A stretch of DNA of 64,000 nt from Catajapyx aquilonaris. Taxonomy: Eukaryota. The notes beneath the pieces were generated by a model. That model had not been told where the DNA came from and ran no database searches. It worked only from the letters and a program-made list of their open reading frames with translations. A program made the translations under genes and the position numbers. The stretch is taken from the NCBI GenBank assembly GCA_000934665.2, contig KZ538152.1, positions 1 to 64,000 on the forward strand. Reading direction: 5' to 3'. This document shows positions 59,681-64,000 of this stretch, one piece after another; position 1 is the stretch's first letter; every line of letters starts with the position of its first letter.

Positions 59681-61456
59681 CGACTATATAAGCCACGAGG
59701 TGCTTCCCCTTAACCCCCCCGCCCCCCGTCGGCCATTAAAAGTCTCGACCAGATCGCGGCAATGGGAATTCACAAAGGATCAGTCTATCTTGCGACGCAT
59801 ATTATCCCTCTGCGTTATGTATACTTACTACATATCTTGGCTCCTATTATGCATTACCAGGGATTACAAGTAATGCTGCCGCTACATGATAGAGGCAGGT
59901 ACAAACCACGCAAATCACGTTAATGATGTTTCGCATCTAGAGGCTAATGCATATAGCCGGATTATATATCCGTCGTAAGATAGACTCGTGCTTTGTGAAT
60001 TCCATTCGCCGCGACCTGGTTGATTACATTCCTTTGACAGGCTGACAGTTTTTGTTGGAGCCGTGTACTTTTTGTTTACCCCTGTGATGTTTTTGGCTTT
60101 GGTATTATATGGCGCTAATGTGTGTGTGGGAGATGAGAGAGGAGCAAGTGGGATTTCTTTGGTACCTGCTATACTCTACGGGTGGTCCAACAATGCAGAA
60201 ATACTACTTAGAGAAATTATGCGCATTTAGCTGTTTTCCAAAGTAAATACGTACTTATACCCTTGTAGGGCCGGAAAAAATTAATGGCGATGGCTATACA
60301 GGGTGGTTCACTGCCCAAGTTAACGATCCAAGATGGCGAAAATTGGCGGGGATTATGGATTGGTCCCTCTTGGAGATGTAAATAAAGGTCCCATTTGAAC
60401 GACAGTCTCGAGTCCAGGTTTGCATGGGTGTGGGCTTCTCTTACTGCACCTGGTTTCTCTCGAATTGTTAAGTTGCGTGCACCCGTCTTGGAAATTGATA
60501 GCCACTAAAACTAACTATGCAAAACTAACTGCTTCAAAACGAACAGATCAGTGCCAACAAATCGCCGACCACTCCTGACATATCAATTGAAACATAATAC
60601 AACTACGCACCAATAAAAAGCTGAGAGCCTGAGATATTGTTTTGGGAACTGTTGGGAGCCTTTATTGATAGGCCTACCTGGTCCAGTTTGTGACATAATT
60701 CTGGACATTTCCTGACAATTATAGGAAATGAAAGTTATTTTAAGATCCGAAAACTTCGTGATCATAAATGTGGCCTGGAATTTTACATCGTGATATACTG
60801 GACTGTATACCATCAGTAATGAATGACACTGTCGCCTTAAAAATATGTGCAGATTATAATCTACAACATGTGCAGTTACACTATATACTCGTATATAGAG
60901 ACAGACGCGCTCGAGACGTGGTCACAATGCCATGTAGGGATGACACCGAATTTCAACCTCAGGGATTTTTAGTTATAAATTCATCGATATTTGGCTAATG
61001 AGTGGATGTCAATACACAAATATCAACTTTTCGTTCGTAAATAAAAAATGTTACAGTGAGCTTATTCATAATAGCAGTTAACCTCTTGGCATTTTTTAAA
61101 TGCCAGAAATTCTCCAATTGCTTTTCTGTCTGTTTTAAAAAGGCTTGCGAACGAGTTTATATTGTGTCGGTCGTTTCAGATGTAGGCAGCATGTGCACTA
61201 AAAAGAGTTAAGGTGTGCTGATCTTCTTTTCAAATAGTAGCCTATGTCTTGACCGTCGGATTTGATGGAACTACTCTCAATTCGAAATGTGTGATGTCTT
61301 AACCTCGAGCGGAGAACAAGCTGGAAAAATATTTGGTCGCCTTGTAATAATGTTCCCAAACATTATTACACGCCACCCAGTTTGTTATACTTGCTGTTTA
61401 AAATTTATTCACATTAACCGCTAATTTACGTCCAAATCTTTTGTCACATTCATTAA

Positions 61457-61720
61457 CCATGGAACCGTGCCGTAGGGTCTTTTTGGACCCCAAGGAAAAA
61501 AATGCATTAAAATGATAATTACAATGAACTTTTGCCATTTTTTTACAGTATATAACAGGAAGTGCAGGTTTATTTTGAATTAGCGATCCTTTTAGGCATT
61601 GTTCAAAGAATGATACATTGAAAAGTATTATATAATAATAAAAATAAAAATATGGTGGGGTCCGAAAAGACCCCACGGCACGGTTGCCGTAATACTCGTA
61701 GGCACGGCACGGTTCCAGGG
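61457..61720. mobile_element. piggyBac-like MITE
   Basis: TTAA|ccatggaaccgtgccgt ... acggcacggttccaggg|TTAA with GGGTC/GACCC subterminal palindromes. Confidence 0.85.
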
Positions 61721-61726
61721 TTAAAA

Positions 61727-62096
61727 CAGGGTGACCAGCGGTCAGGGAAAGCAGGGAAATTGGAAATTAGCCGGTAGACAGGGAAAATACAAGGAAATTC
61801 GTGTCAATGACTCAAAATATGCTAAAATTACACTTGGCAAAAAAATGTCAAATTTGTTGACCTGGAAGGATATTTTGATGTTGTTTTTTTATTAAGTTTG
61901 GTGTGAGAAATCAAATCCAACGGTGGTATTTTTTTTTTTGGGGGGGGGGGGTATCAAGATTTTTCTAGTTTACTTAAATTTTGTGAAATTTGCACAGAGG
62001 TTCCGAAAAATACAAAAAAAGAGGCAGGGAAAAAGTCCATTGAAGACACAGGGAAAACAGGGAAATAGTATTTTAGTCACTGCTGTGGTCACCCTG
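61727..62096. mobile_element. hAT-like MITE with repeated CAGGGAAA motifs and a possible 5-bp TSD (TAAAA)
   Basis: cagggtgacca ... tggtcaccctg TIR; taaaa on both flanks. Confidence 0.75.
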
Positions 62097-64000
62097 TAAA
62101 ATTATTTTACTGCATAATATATTTTAACCATTTTTGTTCTCGTTCTTACGTTTGTGCCTGCGGAGCACATTACCGAGTTCTGTCTTACAGGGTACGATTT
62201 GTACTGCATCTTGTATGAACCCTACACATAACTTTGAGACTGAAAAATTGATTGTTTATTCCCGCAAGACATCATTTTATAAACACTAGTCGCACCAGTA
62301 CATGTTGTGCCACGGAGTACTTTGCGTTTTACAGTACGAGTACATGCGCATACACAGTGGTCGTTCCCCGTGTAGCAGGTGCGTGAACGGTACAATGTCC
62401 TCAAGCAACGTTTGCTATACTGTAGTAAGAGCACGAGCTTGTCTTCTTTCTTAACCTAGCAGGGGGATGGGACGGATTACGTGAGTGCGATTTGTGACCC
62501 ACAAGAATAGCTTAGGAACCGTTACCCAGGACCCGCTTTTATCCGCTCAAAATCACTATTTTTGTCTTGGCTTTCGTTTCTCTCGTTGCGTGTCATCACA
62601 CGCCGCATTGCTTCATAATGTGGCGTAGTTTATGTTGACATACAGTGTGTGGGTGCGACCTGTTGGAAACTCTCTAGTCTAGACAAATAGTCGCGTTTCG
62701 ATTTCTGCACACGATGGCACCGTTTCGAATGATATTGTATCAGATGGAAGAAAAAGCTGAATTTTGTAGCTTGCCTGTGCAGTTCGCCATACGAAAAGTG
62801 CGTGTCTAGTACATTCCCCATTATATTATATGTCGACTTAGGTGTGATTTAGTTGTCATCATGCTTGTTAAATTGCCAAGAGTAATTTTCATGCTCTCGT
62901 GTTAGCAGAGCAGCATGAAATCAAGTCGATTGCTGCTCTCATTAGGTTCTGCTTTGGTCGCCGTTATTAACGAGAGTCAGCAGCATGCTGAGAAAACACT
63001 GTTTCATTTCAAATGCGTGATCAGTGAACCAACCAGATTACCTGCGGAAGATTCCAAATTGCTCCATGGCAATCAATGCACAATCAACGATACATTTTTG
63101 AAATATCCCATCTCGGTAATGAGTGACGACGATAAATGATGGGCATTAATGAGTAACAGTTTTTTTTATGTATAAAAGTACAAAAATGAGGCGTGCCCTG
63201 AAGCAGCGGGATTCAGAAGTGTCAAAAGCAGCTTCGAGAGTCATTTCTCGCCCACCTGCGGCGTGACTAGCTCCTGGTCTCAACCTTGCAAGAGTGCCTA
63301 ATCAGTATTCTATTGGAAGTTTTTATTCGGTCAACCGCCTCTGACAAAAGGCCTACTTCTTCTCTTTTTTTTTGTTCACTACTACCACTTTTTTTTCTTC
63401 TTCTTCTTATTTTCTTTTCTATCTCCCCCGTGCCTCCATGCCTCTTCAAGTGAGAAACTAATCCGTTCCGTTCGCATCAGGAAATTTGGTTATCGGATGC
63501 CCCCGCTCTTTTTAATGGGGGAATAGTGTAGCGGAGCGAAGGAATAGAATCTATCTAATCCGACATGAAAGTGCAGGGGAGATAGCCATTAGCGAGAAAT
63601 CGGATCCGGGCTTGTTATTTGTGGCTCGTGAGCGAGGGAATCAATCGCAGAGGAGACCTCTTTTTCCCCTGCCTGTCGGGCTGACCACTTATCTTTCGGC
63701 TGTCATTGACAAATACACGGTGGTGCGGTGTCCGCGGGTGCCGTGAAGCAGAAACCGACACGGACATGAACTGTCAATCAGTCTTTTCTTGTGCCTTCTG
63801 TATACAAGTATCGTTAGGAGAAATCGTCTGATTACTAGGTTGGGATTTTAGTTGGACAGGGGAACCGGTGTAGTGCAGGTGTCCTTTTCACACTGGAGGT
63901 TATTAGAATTATAAAGCATTGCACGGTCGAAATCTTGCCAATTGAGACGATGACAAATGATAACGCATCGAAAGGGTTGTATACCCAAGCATGTTTGTCC

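Overview
Eukaryotic, intron-rich, TE-dense DNA, most likely from an insect or other arthropod. It holds three + strand protein-coding genes. (1) A complete ASPP (ankyrin/SH3 apoptosis-stimulating protein of p53 family) gene with 6 coding exons at 2062-16385, about 854 aa, with a Drosophila-type N-terminus. (2) A complete secreted-type glutaminyl-peptide cyclotransferase (QPCT) with 6 coding exons at 30387-38368, 350 aa. (3) The first coding exon of serum response factor (SRF/blistered) at 44417-44812; its next exon was not found in the remaining ~19 kb. Introns and intergenic DNA contain decayed Tc1/mariner elements, pogo-, piggyBac- and hAT-like MITEs, a Helitron-like element, tRNA-derived SINEs and LINE 3' ends, often nested. 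The most notable observations are: twin perfect CArG boxes plus CCAAT/GC/YY1 motifs upstream of SRF (candidate autoregulatory promoter like that of vertebrate SRF); a QPCT whose predicted mature N-terminus is Gln (its own substrate); a triple-ATG uORF overlapping the ASPP start; a long insertion in the ASPP SH3 domain; a multi-layer TE nest resolvable from TSDs; a SINE/LINE shared 3' tail; and two near-perfect palindromes. All calls are by eye; no database searches were run.
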